The notes under the pieces: model-generated
Databases searched by the model: none
The model's input: the letters and a program-made list of their open reading frames with translations, nothing else
What the model was told of the DNA's origin: nothing
Source: Balanoglossus misakiensis
Taxonomy: Eukaryota > Animalia > Hemichordata
DNA: 64,000 nucleotides
NCBI GenBank assembly: GCA_040954595.2
Contig: CM082587.2
Coordinates: 3,986,093-4,050,092 of the forward strand
Reading direction: 5' to 3'
Program-made: the position numbers and the translations under genes
Shown here: positions 61,377 to 64,000 of the stretch, one piece after another
How positions within the stretch are numbered: position 1 is the stretch's first letter
Layout of the letters: the number at the start of each line of letters is the position of its first letter

Positions 61377-64000
61377 CTAATGCTCCATGAGCGGCAACAC
61401 CACATTGTTATCAACTGCCTTCTCCAGCAACAGAGCAGTGGTAATCCCGCCCAGGATGTCCAGCTGCGAGATGACGACCTTCAGTTCCTTCGACGCCCAC
61501 GTGACCATCTCCACCGCCATGAGCGAGTCGACGCCGTAGTCTATCATTGGTTTGCTGACGTCGATGTCGTCTGGCGATTGGCAGAGCATGTGCCCCAGCT
61601 TCTGTTTCACCACGTTCTCTAGTTCATCAAGAGACAGCTGACAGTCGCCCTTGTTGACGTTTGACTCGTCCGCTAGATGTTTGAATTTCAGGCTTGTCCT
61701 GTGCGTAAACTGAGATGTGGCAGCCCAGTCCTGAAAAACAATACAATGGATGGAAATAATCAACCAGATGTACATAGTGATACTAACCACACGATACATG
61801 GTTACATTGTGCGTACAATGTATTTGTTTCAAATACTTGATTTTCTCCAACTTTGAAAATGTTCAAAGGTTGTGTTCACGTACCTGGTTTGCCAAACAGA
61901 CTACTGGTTTGGTACTGCAGTTCAGTAACGTTCCCAACATCTCCATGACCTCGCTGATGTGAAGAGTGGAAAACCCTTGGGCCTCCAGCACCCTGGTTGT
62001 TTCAGCTTTACCCTCGAGATATCCGGCCCCTCTGACGGCTCCCATCTGCAGTGACAGAGCTGGTAGACCCAGGCTGTGTCTGTATTCGGCAAGGGCGTCC
62101 AATACGGCGTTGGCTGCACAGTACGCAGGTTGGGATGACTGGCCTCGCAGTGTTAGAACTGACGACATCAGAAGGAAGATGTCCAAATTCTCTTCCTTTG
62201 TGAGACTGTGTAAATGATGTGCACTAACAGCCTTCGAGCGCATTACTTGGTCGAGGTCGTCTGGCTTCAGGTCGGGGAGAAGTATTTCGTCAATGATGCC
62301 AGCAAGATGGAAGACTCCCTTCAATGGTGGGACGTCGGGGTTGGACTTCAGTTGGCGAAGGATAGACTCGACACTGCTGTAGTCGGACACGTCTGCTGCA
62401 AAGCTGTGCACGGTCACTCCTTTGCGTTTCAGGAACTCCAGCGTCCGACGGGAAGCCGCTGTCTTGCCGCCACTTCTCGAGATCATGACCAGGTGTTTGG
62501 CGCCCATTTTCTGCATCCAACGGGTGAGCGCCTGCCCGACGCCGCCAAACGCGCCGGTGATGAGATAAGTGGCGTCTTCCTGGAAGACATCTCCGTGCTG
62601 GTCGAACTTCTCCGGGATGTAGGACTCTGGAACTTCCAAGATCACTTTGCCAATGTGCTGACCCTTTCGCATCATTCTGAAGGCATCCATGTAGTTTTCG
62701 ATGTGGTACACACTTGCCGGGGATGGGTGGAGTTTTCTCTCTTCGAACAGTTGCACCACCTTTTCAAGTGTCTTCCTTGCACCGACACGGTCTTGCCTCA
62801 GCCTGATATCAATCTGACAGGACAGGAAGGTCTTGTTTTCCAAGAAAGTCTTCAAGTCCAGCTGTGAGTTTTCCAGCATGTCACGCTTTCCAATTTCACA
62901 GAATCTTCCACCTGGAGCAAGAGCAGCCAACCCTCTTGCCATCAGCTTGCCATACAAGGAATTCAGTATGACGTCAACGCCTCTCCCGTCCGTCCACTTC
63001 ATGATATCATAATAGAACTTGTCAGATCGTGAGTCTGTGACATACTCTATGCCCAGTTCATCTCTGAGGTAGACACGCTTTTCTTCTGTTCCAGCTGAAC
63101 ACATGATTGTGGCTCCTCTCATCTTCGCGACCTGAATGGCCGCCAGTCCCACTCCCCCGCAAGCAGAGTGGATCAGCACAGTGTCTCCCTCCTGCAGGTT
63201 TGCTCTCTCCACCAGACTGTGGTACGCTGTTGTGAAGGCTATGGTTATCCCCGCGCTCTCCAGCATGCTGAGATGCTTCGGCTTTGGCACGACAAAGCGG
63301 GCATCGCTGACAACATGGGACGCGAAACTGATCTTGGTGAAAGCGATCACTTCGTCTCCTACTTTCAGGTGGGTGACGCCCTCTCCGATTTCTTCCACCA
63401 CGCCAGAGCATTCCAGGCCAAAACGGGATCGGGTCTCGTCAATCTCCAGTCCTTCCAACATACCATGGGCCATCATGACGTCTTTGAAGTTCAACGCGGC
63501 AGCGTGGACCTTCACCTTCACCTTTCCCAGTTTCACAGGCATGTTCGGCAGAACACACAAACCCAGATCATCCAAAGTAGCGCCTCTGCCATCCGTTCTG
63601 ATTTTCTGCTCCAGCCGCCAATACTTGGACTTTTTGGATGTTGTATCCGTGTGGGGAGAGTTGACAACTCGGGGACATAAGAGCTGGTTTCCTTGGATCA
63701 CCAGTGCCCGCTCTGGTTGACTGGAATCTGTCAACACTTTGACCAGCATCTCTGCATTGTGTCGCTGACTGGCTTCCGTATCCAGGTCAATGTAGTAAAC
63801 ACTGCCAGAGTTGACGTGGTTACAAACTGACCCAGCCATACCATAGGCAGCGTGCGACCAGATGTTCAAGTCGTTCTTGTAAGCTCCTTCGGTGAGAATG
63901 TAGACGCTTTTGATGACGTCTTGGAACTGGTCGGTGGTCTTCAGCAGTTCCAACATGAAGTGGAGATTTTCATCCCATTCACCACTGTAGTAGACGATGC
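61377..64000 (-). CDS. pks1: Polyketide synthase copy B (tandem paralogue); only ER-KR-ACP lies in the window, 5' part beyond the right edge
   Basis: Exons >64000-61884 and 61730-61377. Same last-intron position as copy A (..ANQ|DWA..). ER LIHSACGGVG, KR ITGAFGGVG / YCAAN, ACP DYGVDSLMAVE, C-terminus VVLPLMEH* identical to copy A. Confidence 0.9.

Noticed and set aside
52659-63720. Many 60-220 aa antisense and alternate-frame ORFs over the PKS genes
   Set aside because: Shadow ORFs of long coding exons
50957-64000. PKS as bacterial/fungal contamination or as a fatty acid synthase
   Set aside because: It has spliceosomal introns and is contiguous with animal genes; it lacks a TE and has PKS-type KS motifs, unlike FASN

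Overview
Intron-rich, AT-rich animal genomic DNA. The major yolk protein and the SpPks1-like PKS point to an ambulacrarian (echinoderm or hemichordate); this is inferred from gene content, not proven. I reconstructed nine spliced genes by hand from GT/GC-AG boundaries. In order: the 3' part of a transferrin-like major yolk protein/toposome (+), uridine-cytidine kinase (-) head-to-head with TMCO1 (+), VAMP4 (-), an LRP-like YWTD/EGF/sushi type I receptor (+), a laminin chain carrying both a beta-type IV-B domain and a gamma-type IV-A domain (-), PMPCA (+), and two tandem iterative type I polyketide synthases (-). The first PKS is complete (about 2,454 aa); the second runs off the right edge. 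The main points of interest are: the tandem pigment-type PKS pair, with a CCAAT/TATA-like promoter and a perfect GCM site upstream of the complete copy; the chimeric beta/gamma laminin; the unusual receptor architecture; gene linkage matching human 1q24-25/9q34; a nested 600-bp palindrome; and a family of tiny TTAA-flanked MITEs. All calls are by eye, with no database searches.
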